This document shows, piece by piece, positions 1 to 15,080 of a DNA stretch of 64,000 nt. The notes under the pieces were generated by a model that was given only the letters and a program-made list of their open reading frames with translations, was not told the origin of the DNA and made no database searches. Position 1 is the stretch's first letter. Each line of letters begins with the position of its first letter. This DNA is from the human T2T-CHM13v2.0 reference genome, Homo sapiens. A program made the translations under genes and the position numbers. The DNA lies in the NCBI RefSeq assembly GCF_009914755.1, contig NC_060932.1; one strand, written 5' to 3'.

Positions 1-589
1 AGAACTGTGGAGAGATGCCTTCATAACCTCAGGTGTCCCTGACTTGCCTGTTTGGCACAAAAGGGGGAAGCAGAGTGTTACCCCAAATGCTGCATTTATA
101 TCGCTTCCTCAGCTCTAGTTGTCAGCACCTGTCAAGGCAAGAGAAAAACAATGCCAAATGAAATAGGGAGCTGAAGAAAATAAACAAGTCTCAGCAGAGC
201 ACCAGGTAACACAGACTGCTTCCTGGTTGCTTCCCAAGTTTAGAAAACAGTAAGTTCTAAGAAACTAGAGTTTTATTAGAAAAGGAAAAATATTTAGCTT
301 ACACTGACCCAACATGTGTAACAATTCTTCATAAAATTGTTGGCCAAAAATGGGTGATACTCCAAAATGTTTAAATAAACAAATATTAATCCAAAACAGT
401 TTATGTTTCCAAAAGAGTGATGCTTTGAAGATTGGATACACAAGTGAACTATGTATACTCTCCAGCTAAGGAGTCAAACACCTAATCAAAATTTAGCCAA
501 TTATTCTTTACTAACGATATATTAACTCAAGAAAATCATAACCATGAAATTATGATTATATGAAAGCATTGGCTAAATATAAATCCTGT

Positions 590-3500
590 CAACAGAAGTG
601 CATAGGACTACAGAAGCAAAACCAGAAGACCCTGTCCAGCATTCACTACAGTCACATTCCCTACACAGGGAGGTAAAAGAAAGGAAAAGAAGAAAATATA
701 TACAGGGAAATAAAAAAACAAAAAAATGGTACTTGCATGAAAATAATTGCAAAGACTAGAAATGCCAGCATCTCCAGATGAGAAGGAACCAGTGCAAGAA
801 TTCTGGCACCATGAAAAATCTGAATGTGGCACCACCACCAAAGGATGGCACTAGCTCCCCAGTAATGGTCTGTAACCAAAATGGAAACTCAGAAATGACA
901 GATAAAGAATTCAGAGCGGACTGCAAGGAAGTTTAACAAGATCCAAGAGAAGGTTGAAAATCAACACAAAGAAACTTCTAAAGCAATCCAGGAAATGAAG
1001 GAAGAGATAAACATCTAAAAAAGAAAAAAAAAGAAAAGGAAAAAAAATTTTAATGGGAGTATATAAAGCGACCAAATGAATGGATTATTGGCATTCCTGA
1101 GAGAGATGGAGGCAAAGAGAACAACCTAGAAAACATACTTGAGGGGATAATTCAAGAAAATTTCCCTAATCTTGCTAGACAGGTAGACATCCAGATACAA
1201 GAAATCTAGAGAACACCTACAAGATATTATACAAAATGAACATTACCACAGCATACACTCGTCAGACTGTCCAAGGTCAACACTAAAGAAAAAAATTGTA
1301 AAGACACCTACAGAAAAAGGTCTGATCACATACAAGGGCCTACCAGGCTACTAGTGGACTTCTCAGCAGAAACCTTACAAGCCAGGAGAGACTGGGAGAC
1401 TATTTTCAGCATTCATAAAGAAAAGAAATTCCAAGCAAGAGTCTCACATCCCACCAAACCAAGCTTCATAAGCAAAGGACAAATAATTTTTTCCACTGAA
1501 GCAAGCGCTAAGGAAATTTGTTACCACTAGACCAACCTTACAAGACATCCTTAAGGGAGGTCTAAACATAGAAATGAAAGAATGATACCTGTTACCACAA
1601 AAACACCCTTAAGTACGTAGCCCACAGATCCTATAAAGCAACCATGCAATAGGAACTACAAAGCAAACAGTTGAAAACTTCCATCTCATTCTATGAAGCC
1701 AGCATCACTCTGATGCCAAAACCTGGCAAAGACACAAAAAAGAAAACTGCGTGTTACTATCTCTGATGAACAAAGATGCAAGTCCTCAACAAAATGCTAC
1801 TAAACCAAATCCAGCAGCACATCAAAAAGTCAGGCTTTATTCCTCAGATGCAACTTTGGTTCAAAATCAATAAATGTGATTCAACACATAAACAGAATTA
1901 AAAACAAAAACTATATGATCCTCTCCATAGGTGAGGAAAAAGCTTTTGATAAAAATTCAACATCCCTTCATGATAAGGTTTTTTTCAGGAAACTTGGCAT
2001 CAAAGGAACATACCTCAATATAATAAGAGCCACTATGACAAGCCCATAGCGGACATCATGCTGAATGAGTAAAAACTGGAAGCATTCTCCTTGAGAACTT
2101 TGACAAGACAAGGATGCCCACTCTCACTACTCTCATTCAACGTAATACTGGAAGTCATCGCCAAAGGAATCAGGCAAGAGAAAGAAAGAAAATGTATCCA
2201 AACAGGAAAAGAAGTCAAACTCTCTTTGCTGATAACATGATTCTATACCTAGAAAACCCAAAAGACTCTGCCAAAAGGCTCCTGAAACTGATAAATGGCT
2301 TCAGTAATATTTCAGAACACAAAATCAATGTACAAAAATCTTAGCATTTCTATACATTAATAATGTTCAATCTGAGAGCCAAGAATGGAGTCCCATTTAC
2401 AATAGCTGCAAGAAAATAAAATAAAATACCTAGGAATACATCAAATCAATAAAGTGAAAGATCTCTACAAGGAACTACAGAACACTGCCGAAAGAAATTA
2501 TAGATGACACAAACAAATGGAAAAATATTCCATGCTCATGGATAGGAAGAATCAGTATTGTTAAAATGGTCATAGTACCCAAAGCAATCTACAGATTCAA
2601 TGCTATTCCTATCAAGCTAACAATATCATTTTTCACAGAACTAAGAAAAAACTATTCTAAAATTCACACACAACCAAAACAGAGCCTGAACTGCCAAAGC
2701 CATCCTAAGCAAAAAGAACAAGGCTGGAGGCACCACACTGTCCAACTTTATCCTATTAAGCTACATTGACTAAAACAGCATGGCATGGCACTAGTACAAA
2801 ATCAAACACATAGACCAATGGAACACAATAGAGAACCCAGAAATAAAGCCACACACCTATAGCCATCTGAACTCCTATGAAGTCAACAAAAATAAGCAAT
2901 GGGAAAAGGTCTCACTATTCAATAAATGGTGCTGGGATAGCTGGCTAGCCAGATGCAGAAGACTGAAACTGGACCCCTAAGTTTCACCACACACAAAAAT
3001 TAACTCAAGATGGATTAAAGATTTAAATTTTAGACCTAAAACTGTAAGAACTATAGAAGAAAATCTAGAAATCTAAGAAAAACCATTCTGAACATCAGCC
3101 TTGGGAAAGAATTTATTACTAAGTCCTCAAAAGCAATTGCAACAAAAACAAAAATTGACAAATCAGACCTAATTACACTAAAGAGCCTCTGCACAGCAAC
3201 ATAAACTATAAACAAAGTAAACAACCTACAGAATGAAAGAAAATATTCACAGATTATGGATCTGGCAGAGGTCTAATATTCAGAATCTATCAGTAAATTG
3301 AACAAGTGAAAAACATATAACATTAAAAAACGGGCAAAACATATGAACAGACATTTCTCAAAAGAAGACATACAAGCAGCCAACAAACATATGAAAAAAT
3401 GCTCAACATCACTAATCATCAGAGAAATGCAAATCAAAACCACAATGAGATACCATCTCATACCAGTCAGAATGGCTAGCATTAAAAAGTCAAAAAACAA

Positions 3501-4197
3501 CAGATGCTAGTGAGGCTACAGAGAAAAGGGAATGTTTATGCACTCATGGTGGGTGTAAATTAGTTTAACCACTGTGGAAAGCAGTTTGTAGGTGTCTCAA
3601 AGAACTTAAAACAGAACTGCCATTAGACCCCACAATCTTATTACTGGATGTTATAGATATATCCAAAAGAAAATAAATCATTCTACCAAAAAGACACATA
3701 CACTCATATGTTCATTGGAGCACTATTCACAGCAGCAAAGACTTGGAATCAACTTACACCCCCATCAGTGGTGGATTGGATATAGAAGATGTGGTATGTA
3801 TACACCATGGAATACTATGTAGCCATAAAAAGGAACGAAATCATGTCCTTTGTAGCAACATGGATGCAGCTGATTATCCTAAGCAAATTAATGCAGGAAC
3901 ACAAAACCAAGTACTGCATGTTCTCACTTATAAGTGGGAACTAAACAATGGTACTCACGGACATAAAGATGACAACAATAGACACTGGGAACTACTAGAT
4001 AGGGGAGGGGAGGAGCATGGCAATGACTGAATAACTAATTATTGGATAATATGCTTAGTACCTAGCCGACAGTATTAGTTGTACTCCAAACCTCAGTATC
4101 ACGCGATATACCCAGGTTTGTTACCGGGGGTACATGGTACAAAGCACATGTACCCCCTGAATCTAAAAGAAAGTTTGTAATTATTTTTTAAAAAAGA
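590..4197 (+). mobile_element. Old LINE-1 (L1PA15/16 or L1PB-like), 5'-truncated and internally deleted, inactive
   Basis: ORF1 start MRRNQCKNSGTMKNLNV at 778 and ORF1 C-terminal half at 1054-1610. At ~1680 it jumps directly into ORF2 RT (SFYEASITLMPKPGKD), so the endonuclease is missing. ORF2 remnants such as [13 protein letters not shown] (~2581), then 3'UTR and A-tail. Many stops and frameshifts. Confidence 0.93.
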
Positions 4198-4899
4198 AAG
4201 CATTGTTATATGAAATCATAACCAATAATCTGATATAGAGCAAGCTTTGAAGAAACTCAAATACCCAGGTTATATTTTGGTGGAATTCATGTTTAATATT
4301 TCTGACTTTTAAGAAAAGACTCACTAAGCCTAAAGATCAGAAATTATCTCAGACATATACATTATATATACAAAACAATCTGACTTGACAGGAAACATTA
4401 TACATATATACATCATATATACAAAATAACCTGGCTTGCTTTCGCTGTCTGACCTTTAATTACCTCCTTACTCTAATTACTAGGACTTCCTCTTTCTCTA
4501 TCTTCTAATTAACCCAGGAATTTGAATTCCCTGAATCTTCTGCTCTAGGAGAAAGCTGCTTTTCTTCCTCTGTGCTCCAAGACTTTAAGTGCTCTCTTCC
4601 TTATGGCTAGCAGAAAAAAAGAAAAAGGATAAAAACCGTGGCACGCACTATATTTTCCCATGTCTTCCTTTTGTTCTACCATGAAAGAGTTGCAATTCAG
4701 TTACTTCCTTTGAATGCTTTCTCTAACTTCAATTTTTATATTGCATCAAATAACTTGTTTGCTTATCTTCGTAACTTTTAGCCCTAAGAGACTTCTTAAA
4801 TGGGTGAAACCATTTATTCCTGAATATTTTGAAATCGTGTCACACCCAAAATGTGTTTTTAGCCAAGCAATACCGTAGTTTCTTAAAATATCTGTTTAG

Positions 4900-5378
<479 letters not shown>

Positions 5379-5382
<4 letters not shown>

Positions 5383-5703
5383 AAGAAAAGAGAAGAGAAG
5401 AGAAGAGAAGAGAAGAGAAGAGAAGAGAAGAGAAGAGAAGAGAAGAGAAGAGAAGAGAAGAGAAGAGAAGAGAAGAGAAGAGAAGAGAAGAGAAGAGAAG
5501 AGAAGAGAAGAGAAGAGAAGAGAAGAGAAGAGAGAAAGAAAAGAAGGAAAGAAAGAAGGAAAGAAAGAAAGAAAGGAAGAAGGAAAGAAAAGAAAGAAAG
5601 AAAGAGAGAAAGAGAGAGAGAGAAAGAAAGAAAGAAAGAAGGAAAGAAAAGAAAGAAAGAGAGAAGGAAAGAGAGAAAGACAGAGAGAGAGAAAAAGAGA
5701 GAA
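5379..5703. repeat. (AGAAG)28 pentanucleotide plus GAAA/GA-rich polypurine tract derived from an Alu tail
   Basis: 28 perfect AGAAG units at 5391-5530, then mixed GAAA/GA repeats. Confidence 0.97.
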
Positions 5704-7166
5704 CAAACAGAAGGTTAAGAAAAACCAGTTTAGGAAATACATCCACCCTGAAATTTTAATGGGCAGGAAATCTTGTGATCTTAGCTTTTGATGACATGTG
5801 CTGTTAAAAAAGCACATGTAGATTCATAAATATGGCGGTGGCCAAATAATTAATGAATCAGAATCCAAGCACCTATCTCTGCCACTTGGAGCTTTACGGT
5901 GAGTTATATAACCATAGCAAGCTTTAGTTTCCTCATTCAAAAAATAAAAATAACGATATTGAAAAAAAAAATTCTTTACAAAAAAAATTTAAGATATTTT
6001 GTTATGCCTTCCATTATTGTCTCACCATCAAATTGGCTGAAATACCCATTTTACACATGAGCATATTAAGGCAAGTTTATTTGTCTCCAAATTTATTTAA
6101 TTTTTATCTCTGATCATTATTTAGAGTCTCTGCCTCAAAGATAGTTGTGAAAGTTACATGATTAATGTCAATTAAATTACATGTAATATAAAACACTTAG
6201 GAAAGTGTCTATGAGAAAGCAAGTAGTATAGAAATGTTAGCTGCTGCTATTATCATTTTAGGAGTGATTAAGCAGATAATGATTGATTACTCTAATAGTT
6301 GGCCTGTATTTTCTGCCTAAGAAACCTGTGGGATGTGGCTTTCTTTTTCAGAGAAGTCATGTGAAAGTCAATATTGTAAATATATTAAACTCCTTGTTTA
6401 AATGTGCATAGGGATTACTATTAACCAAAAATTTCACATTAAAACTTCAGACATATGAATGTATATTGGAAAAGAACAAACTGCAAAGCTGAACATGAGA
6501 CGGAAACTGTAGAGGAACTTTATGTTTGCTTTCATTTCCTACATAGATCTCTTGAACTTGAGAAGCTTCTGTTGAGGTTTCATCTGTCAAAATGTTGCTT
6601 CGTTCCTATTATTCATAAATTTCCCTGACGTAAGGCTCCAGTAAAAACTGTGAGTCATGGTCCACTCTTTTGTAACTGTCACAAAATACAAATTTCTGTA
6701 ACAATTGTAAAGTAGTGCCACATTTTACCATACCGTGCTGAGTTATACAGTCTTCAGGATGTGGGGAACGAGGAATGCAACTGATTGTAAGTGGGAATTG
6801 CATGGTTTAGCAAACAAGTTGATGTTTCTAGCAAAGGACAAGCTATCACCAGGACTACATGTAAGAAACAAGAAACTGTACAGAAGCCCAAATATGCGGT
6901 CTGTCATGTTGATGGTGGGGATATTTTTTTGTGTAAAAATCTACTGATCATACCCCAGTATTTAAAAAGACCATCTAAAAGCTTTACATAAATTCAAATT
7001 AATTTCAAGAGAAGAAATATAAAATAGTCCAATCACTTCATAAACTAAGAACAGATGATGTAAAACCTGACTCACAAATGTAATAAAATATATATTTAGA
7101 AAGGCAGAGAAGATGGTGTAAAAGATAAAGCACCTACAAAGGGGATGAATCAATAAAAGAGAAGGA

Positions 7167-7597
<431 letters not shown>

Positions 7598-8150
7598 TTG
7601 TGAGGAAGAAGAGGAGGGAAGAAGAGGTCTACAAAGAGAAATACTTCCCAGAATAGGGAAGAGAATGTAACTTCAGGAAAGTCATAACAGAGGCATAGTG
7701 GTACCCAGGGAACAATTAAAAGAGCTCCTTCTACATTAAATAAGAAATTGGAGGTGAAAAGTTTTTGCATATTAATTTTCAAATTTCAACATCTATTTTA
7801 AAGTATAGATTCACTCTCTGATCACATTCTGTAGATTTTTCATCGCATTGGGTCATAATGGTGTATGTATAATCATTAAATTTGGATCATGGATAATAAT
7901 ATTTAGGGTAATTTTTTATGTTTCATTTTTATTGGCTTTCACTGCAGTGGAAGTATAAATATGATTCTTATGGAAATAAAGAAAACTTACTCTGTTTGTT
8001 CTAACCAAAGGGATTAAGGGAATATATGAGGTCTCATTTGAGTTGGACCTCAACCTCCTGAATTGAAAAAATAAAGCAAAACAAACTTATTATTAAGGAA
8101 AATTACAAATAAACATAAATGTGAAGAGAATAGTAAAATAATTTCATGTA

Positions 8151-8771
<621 letters not shown>

Positions 8772-8991
8772 TACTCACCACTCAAATTCAAAGTTGATCA
8801 ATGCCTTGCCAATTTCATTGTAGCTATTCCCTTGTTTAAATACACGTGCACACGCGTGTGCACACACACACACACACAGATGGAGGCAGAGAGCCGACCA
8901 TATGTGTCCATGTATGTCTGTGTACATATATACATATGTGTAGTTTTATATGGGGGCATACACACATAGAGCTGAAGTGCAGTGTTTTCAA

Positions 8992-9175
8992 ATAGTGCTA
9001 CTCAAGGTCAGTCTGAAACCCAGCAACATCAGCAGCAGCAGGAACCCTTTGGAAATGCAAACCCTCATTTCCACTACAGACCTCCTGAATCGGAACCTCT
9101 GGGTGTGTGACTTGGTATTCTGTGTTTTAATGGGCTCTCCAAGTGATTCTGATGCATGCACAAATTTGAGAAGCA
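8992..9175. mobile_element. MER5A-like hAT-Charlie MITE
   Basis: cagcaacatcagc...ggaaatgcaaa...agacctcctgaatcggaacctctgg...gtgattctgatgca...tttgagaa. Confidence 0.8.
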
Positions 9176-9295
9176 AAGTTTGAAAGCAAATTCCATATAT
9201 TATGTCATGTCATCTGTGAAAACTCCATTATGCCTCTATAACTGATACTACTACGTCCAACAAAATTATGAGTAATTCCTTAATAACATCCAACC

Positions 9296-9424
9296 TAGGG
9301 TAGTCACAGGTCCTGGCTGGCCCAGGCCCGTCCAGTTGACACCTGCTGTCCTGGAATAATTATTAACATCACTCCTTTCACACTCAGAAGTGTCCCAGTT
9401 AGGATGACAAACGTTACGGTCACT
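9296..9424. mobile_element. MER81-like hAT-Blackjack MITE
   Basis: tagggtagtca ... taattattaa ... aagtgtcccagtt ... ggtcac, resembling tagggtgacca termini. Confidence 0.6.
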
Positions 9425-9449
9425 GTTTTCATACTTCTGAAGATTATAA

Positions 9450-10280
9450 ACCAAGATTCACCTTTGTCCTCTCTATCCTGTTCCCTCCCCTCCCTTTGGT
9501 AACCATTTTTTATTGGTTTTATTTATTCTTCATTTGTTTATTTTTGAAACTGTGAATTAACTCATCTGAGTTTCACTTGCTTTCTCTTTTAACACGATTC
9601 CACAGCTCACATTTTTAAACTTCGCAATATACAGGAGAGATAACTCTATGGCAGTGTACAGGGACCTTTCTCTTTCCTCTTACAGCTACATAATAATCCT
9701 TTTTGTGAAAGTTATAGTCATCAGACTGTTATTGATAGACATTTGGGTTGTTTACAGTCCTTTGCTATTTCAAATAGTACAGCAATGACTAACATTGGCC
9801 ATGTGGTCATTTCATAATTTTGCCCATGTGTCTGGGAGAGATTTCTAGAAGTGGGGCTGCTGGGCCAAAGTGTGAATGTACATATAATTTTGCTAGATAC
9901 TGCAAAATACCACTGTATGGGGATGTGCAAATTGGATATTTGAGTTCCTGTTTTCCCACTGCCTCCTTTAGAGGATATGTTATCTAACTTTGGAACGTCT
10001 GACTCTCTGATAAGCAGAGATATGGTATCTCAGTGTAGTTTGCTTTTTTAACTTCTTACTGACATAATATCCATATAGAAAAGTGTACATATATATACAG
10101 ATGGAAACTTCACAAACCAAACACACCTGGTAACCAGCACACTGATGAAGAAACAGAAAATTATCAGATGTCTAGAACCTCCCACAGACTCTCTTAGTAA
10201 ACTGTAATGTGTCTTTCGCTTACTTCGAGCAAAGGTAAGCTCCTTTTCATATATGTCAGGACTTTTATGCATTTCCATAC
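9450..10280 (-). mobile_element. Old L1M/L1ME fragments
   Basis: gatagacatttgggttgtttacagt ... ctagaagtggggctgctgggccaaag: antisense L1 ORF2 3'-end pattern. Confidence 0.65.
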
Positions 10281-10419
10281 TGAATATCCCAGTACGGCTT
10301 ATTAGTTTTTAGGCAACTTGTGCTAGCAGAAACATCAACTGGGACAGAAAAGGATGGAAACATTATAAAATAAAATGAGACCTTTGGGCCCAGAGACTTC
10401 TGCAGACCTCATCCTCCCA

Positions 10420-10588
10420 TGTCGCTAGGACTACCTAAACATGCCACCACATCTGGCTAATTTTTAAATTTTCTGTAGAGATGTGGTCTCACTATGTTGC
10501 CCAGGCTGGTCTCAAACTCCTTGCCTCAAGCGATCCTCCTGCCTTCCAAAGTGCTTGGATTACAGACGTGAACCACCACACCTGGCTG
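10420..10588 (-). mobile_element. AluJ/FLAM fragment
   Basis: gtagagatgtggtctcactatgttgcccaggctggtctcaaactcc. Confidence 0.8.
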
Positions 10589-10714
10589 ACTGCCTTTTGG
10601 AATGGCGGCATCCATAGCAGCTATCCTATGCTGTCCTCCCTATCGTAGGTTGCATGTGGAGAGCAGATAAATTGTATCTTTAGCTCGCAAGTCTTTAGAT
10701 TGAGAAGAAGTAGC

Positions 10715-11018
10715 CTCTGGAGCTCTGAACCACTGTGTAAGAAGCTGAGGTTGCCCTGCTTGTGAGGAAACAGAAACTAATCAGGAAGAGAGACCACACC
10801 AAGAGAGAGATGCCTCACCCATGCCTGCATGCATCAGCACACCGCTGATCCCACGGCAGCCACCATCACACTGCAACCTCGAGAGCGGAGGTGAGGCAGA
10901 AATACTCCATTGAGCCATTTCCAAAGTCCTGCTCACAAAAACCAAGAGGAATACTGCATGATAGTCATGGCTTTGAAATACCACTTGGGGGTCATTACGC
11001 AACAATAGATAACTGGGA
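10715..11018 (+). mobile_element. MLT1 (ERVL-MaLR) LTR 3' part
   Basis: Ends in ttacgcaacaatagataactgg, a typical MLT1 3' end. Confidence 0.6.
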
Positions 11019-12246
11019 CTGATTTCGATCCTTGCTCATGAAGTTAAAAAAAATCCGATTTCCTACTGAATGTAACTCAAAAAGAAACTCAGGAATCGCA
11101 GATAAAAAACAGTTTAAGTTTTGGAAATTAATTCTGGAACTCAAGAGATGTTTAATTTAATACAAATCATTTGTAATTTCAAGTTACCTGGCTGCCTCCT
11201 CACACTCTAATTTGCAACGAGACACAGTGCCTGCATTTATAGCCAACAATTACTTAACTACGAGATTTTAATTGTTCTAGGTTTTAAAAAATCTAGTCGC
11301 TACAAGTGAAGATAATCAATAATTAAAAAAACCATACTATCAAAAGCAAACACACTCTGGGAATAAAAATGGAACTATGATTCTCAGTTCTCCATCAGTT
11401 GTTGTAGCTTGGCTCTGAGTGGAAATGTCAAAGAAGTCATTGGACAGAAATTATTCTGTGGGTCAAAACAGTGTTCCTTTTAAGAACAACTGACCAATTA
11501 AATTTATCTAAAGAAAATTGGGACTTGAAAGACATTTTGAAAACCCGAATTTTATCATTTGATATTTAATATTGCCAAGGCCCAAAGCATCACCATTGGA
11601 TATAATTTCCGATTATTTTATTCCATCATGTTAAAAATAACACCAAACTCTCTCCTTGATTGAAGTAGTAACCAATAATAAAAATATTGAGTTATATACT
11701 TTTTATAAAGAAGAGCTCTCTAAGCTGACTTGTGAACGTAGGTGTGGCATTGAATTACTGAGCCAATGAGGCATAACTGCTGCTGTAATTTGATTATTGA
11801 AAAATTAGTGTTTGACTCGCCTTTTAGATGGTAAATGTGGTTTTCCTCTGAAAGCGTGTGGAGTCTCAGCACATTTCATCATATTTAATGGCTGTTTCCC
11901 TTTCTCTTTAGTGGTTTTTATTTTTAATTTTCACAGGGTATCAGGATGTGACCTGTTTTGTTTCAGTATTGCCTCAAAGACTGAGAAATAAGGGGTTCCA
12001 GGCACTGTTAAATTCCAAAGAGCACCTACACAAGGCATGTAAGAGCCAGAAGCAGATTTTACAAAGCTTAACCCTTCAGCCAACCGGAGCCGTAAAAGGA
12101 CTGAATGCAAAGAGGAAGAGAGAGTGAGGATTTCTTTGGACCATGTTGTGATGTGCGGGGTCTTCCCCTCCCACCTTTGTCCCACATGCGGGAGAGGGGA
12201 GGGGAGGTTCACCCCCACCACCGTGGGAAGGAGGCTGCAGTAGAGC

Positions 12247-12742
12247 TGAGGCAGGAGGTGGGATTTGACTCCGGAGGTGGGATTTGACTCCGGAGGTGGG
12301 GCTCAGACACCGGACCAAATTGAGGACTAGCTAAAACAGAGAGGGGACAGAAGTACTTTCCATGACACTCCTACCAGTATGCCATGTCAGTTTACCATTG
12401 CCATGGCAACACCTGGAAGTTAGGATCCCTTTCCATGGCAACAACCTGATGACCTGGAAGTTACTACCCTTTTTGGAGAAATTTCTGCATAATCCACCCC
12501 TTAATTTACATATAATTGAAAGTGGGTATAAGTATAACTGCAGAACCGCCTCTGAGCTGCTACCCTGGAGAAACTGCCCATGGGGCAGCCCTGCTTTGCA
12601 AGGAGCAGGACCTCTGCTGCTGCTGCACACTGCCGCTTCAATAAAATTTGCTGTCTAACACCACTGGCTCACCCTTGAATTCTTTCCTGGGTGAACCCTC
12701 CCAAGCTAAGCCCCAAGTTTGGGGCTCTCCTGCCCTGCATCA
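12247..12742 (+). mobile_element. MER41-family ERV1 solo LTR
   Basis: TG...CA ends, imperfect 4-bp TSD gagc/gaac, ggaccaaattgaggactagctaaaac, aataaa at ~12639, 3' end ctgccctgcatca. Confidence 0.8.
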
Positions 12743-13289
12743 GAACCAGGTGGAGAGCTTGGCACAAGCATAAGGGGTGGGCCGCAACGGCGAGGCCAGG
12801 TCAGCCTGATGTGGTGCTTGGTGTACAGCACGTTCCACCAGTGGCAGGCTCAGGAGCACATTCTTCCATTGGGCCAAGGGGGCAGCCCACAGCTGGACGT
12901 GGTCATTTACAAAGGAGGATGGTTTTCAAAGGCCTTCATCCAGGGCAAGCCTAACTGCCCCCCACAGAAAGGACTGGAGGTATTCCTTAGTCAAAGGGAC
13001 TCAAGGTTAAAAGAGGTTGAAACTGGCCAGCCAGGAAAGTCAAGATCTACCTCATTTGGCAGGAATTCAGCCAGAGGTACCCAGAGGGGATTCCTTACGA
13101 ACTCATAAAAGCCTCCTTATCTCCCAGAAAAGGAGTGGGTTGTGGGGATCCACCACACTCAGAGAGCGCTCGCATAGATGAGCCTGGGGCTGAGCCACCA
13201 GGAGCTGTGCTGTGCCTCAGCTCCCCTTCCTGGGGCCAAAGGGATGAGTTATCTAGGGTTGGGGGGAGTCAGGGGTCTGGGCAGGGATC

Positions 13290-14140
13290 AAGCAGGAGAG
13301 CAATATGGGAACAGAGAACAGAACTGCATTCATCTAGATTTCTGACGCTTTGACACCAGGGGTCTTGCTGACTGCCCCTTCCAGGGTTAGCCAATTCCTA
13401 AAAATAGTAAATGAGGCTGGGTGCGGTGGCTCATGCCTGTCATCTGTCATCACAGCACTGTGGGAGGCCAAGGGGTTTGAGACCAGCCTGGGCAACATGA
13501 TGAAACCCCATCTCTACAAAAAATACAAAAATTAGCTGGGCATGGCGACACAAGCCTGTATTCCCAGCTACCCGAGAAGCTGAGATGGGAGGATCACTTC
13601 AGCCCAGGAGGTCAAGGCTGCAGTGAGCCATGATCTCTCCACTGCACTCCCGCCTAGGTGACAGAGCCAGACTATGTCTCAAAAACAAATAAACAAACAA
13701 ACAAACAAAAGATAGCAAATGACTCACCTGGGAACGTGCCTTTCATGTGCAAACCAACCAATCCAAAGCCCTCAGCCTATCACCTCCTCTATCAGACTTT
13801 CACACTCTGAGCCACTAGCCCGTTGCCCTAATCGCGCCAGCTCCTGGGCCCAGAAAACTAGAGACAGCTCTCATCACCCCAGAGCCTTCAGAAATTGCTC
13901 AAACCAGTCAGCCCAAGCCTGCCCACCCTGCCTTGCCCATTTCCACAGAAACTAGAACAAAGGTGCTTGCTCACATTTTCCCTTCGCTCCCTCTGCCTTC
14001 AGACCAACCCTGGTACTTCCTGGCATGGCCTGCCCTGTCTCCTGCTTTGGGGGAACTGTGAGTAAACAGTTCCTCTTGCCTGACAGTCATTTCTGCATCT
14101 GCACATCTTATCATACCCGAGTAAATCAAAATCCTGGTAC
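13290..14140 (+). mobile_element. ERVL LTR (MER74-like) interrupted by AluJ at 13414-13708
   Basis: gccaattccta...tgcaaaccaaccaatcca...gggaactgtgagtaa. The Alu is flanked by atagtaaatga / atagcaaatga. Confidence 0.65.
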
Positions 14141-15080
14141 CCTACTAACAGGAAGCCACCCCATTGTAGGCTTTCCAGATGAAGCAGGCTCAGGAGAATA
14201 AGAAACTTTTCTCCCAACTCCCAGACACCCCCTTTTTTTTGAGTCAGAGTCTTGCTCTGTCACCCAGGCTGGAGTGCAGTGGCACAATCTTGGTGAAGCT
14301 TCCCCTTTGAATGAGGCTTCAGATTTGATTGTCTCACTAGATTGGACAATGAATTACTGACATGAGACTCTCCTGGAAACTAGTATTTTTAGAAGACTTT
14401 TTGTTCTTGAAAAATAAGAGGGCCTGGAAAAGCTACAGTACCCGTCTGAGTCTGCAAGTTTCTGGGAAGAAACAGTAAGTTTGAAGGATACAGTGGGTGG
14501 AAAGAATCAAGTTGTTTTCAGCTTGAATCATTTTGAGTCAGTTTATTGAAGGCTCTGGTTACATAACAAAAATGCACAAATATATCACCATCAGGTTATG
14601 TGAGAAAGGAAGTTCTTACTGACAATGTAATATTTTAAGTAATGATATATTTCAGAACATTCCAGAGAAAAGCATTTTGAGAAACAGTTGTTTGTAGTGA
14701 CGTTTTAAAGTACAATCTCACACTAGTAGTGAATTTATTAACCTTGGTAGTATGAAAAAATGTCTTCTCTTTTCTCTAGTTATAGGTATAACTAGAATTG
14801 AAAATTTCTCTGAAAAATGCCTGAATTAGAGGCCTGACTACATATTGAAAGCCTTGAAATATCCTTCAACCTTCAGTTCCTTTTCTGGCAATTGCTCTTA
14901 ACAAAATAATTGAAAAGATGCAAAAAAATATTTACTGTAAGGATGTTTATTGAAGTATTGTTTATAGTGCTATAAATTGGAATCATCCTCAATTTTCAAT
15001 AACAGAATGTCAGATAAATAAATCATGGTGCATTCATCCCAAAGGAATGCTGTCCTGTTATGTAAAATGATGTTGTTGAT

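Noticed and set aside
1670-1690. L1 ORF1-to-RT jump as a spliced L1 integrant
   Set aside because: I cannot match the junction to splice donor/acceptor positions; a simple deletion suffices.
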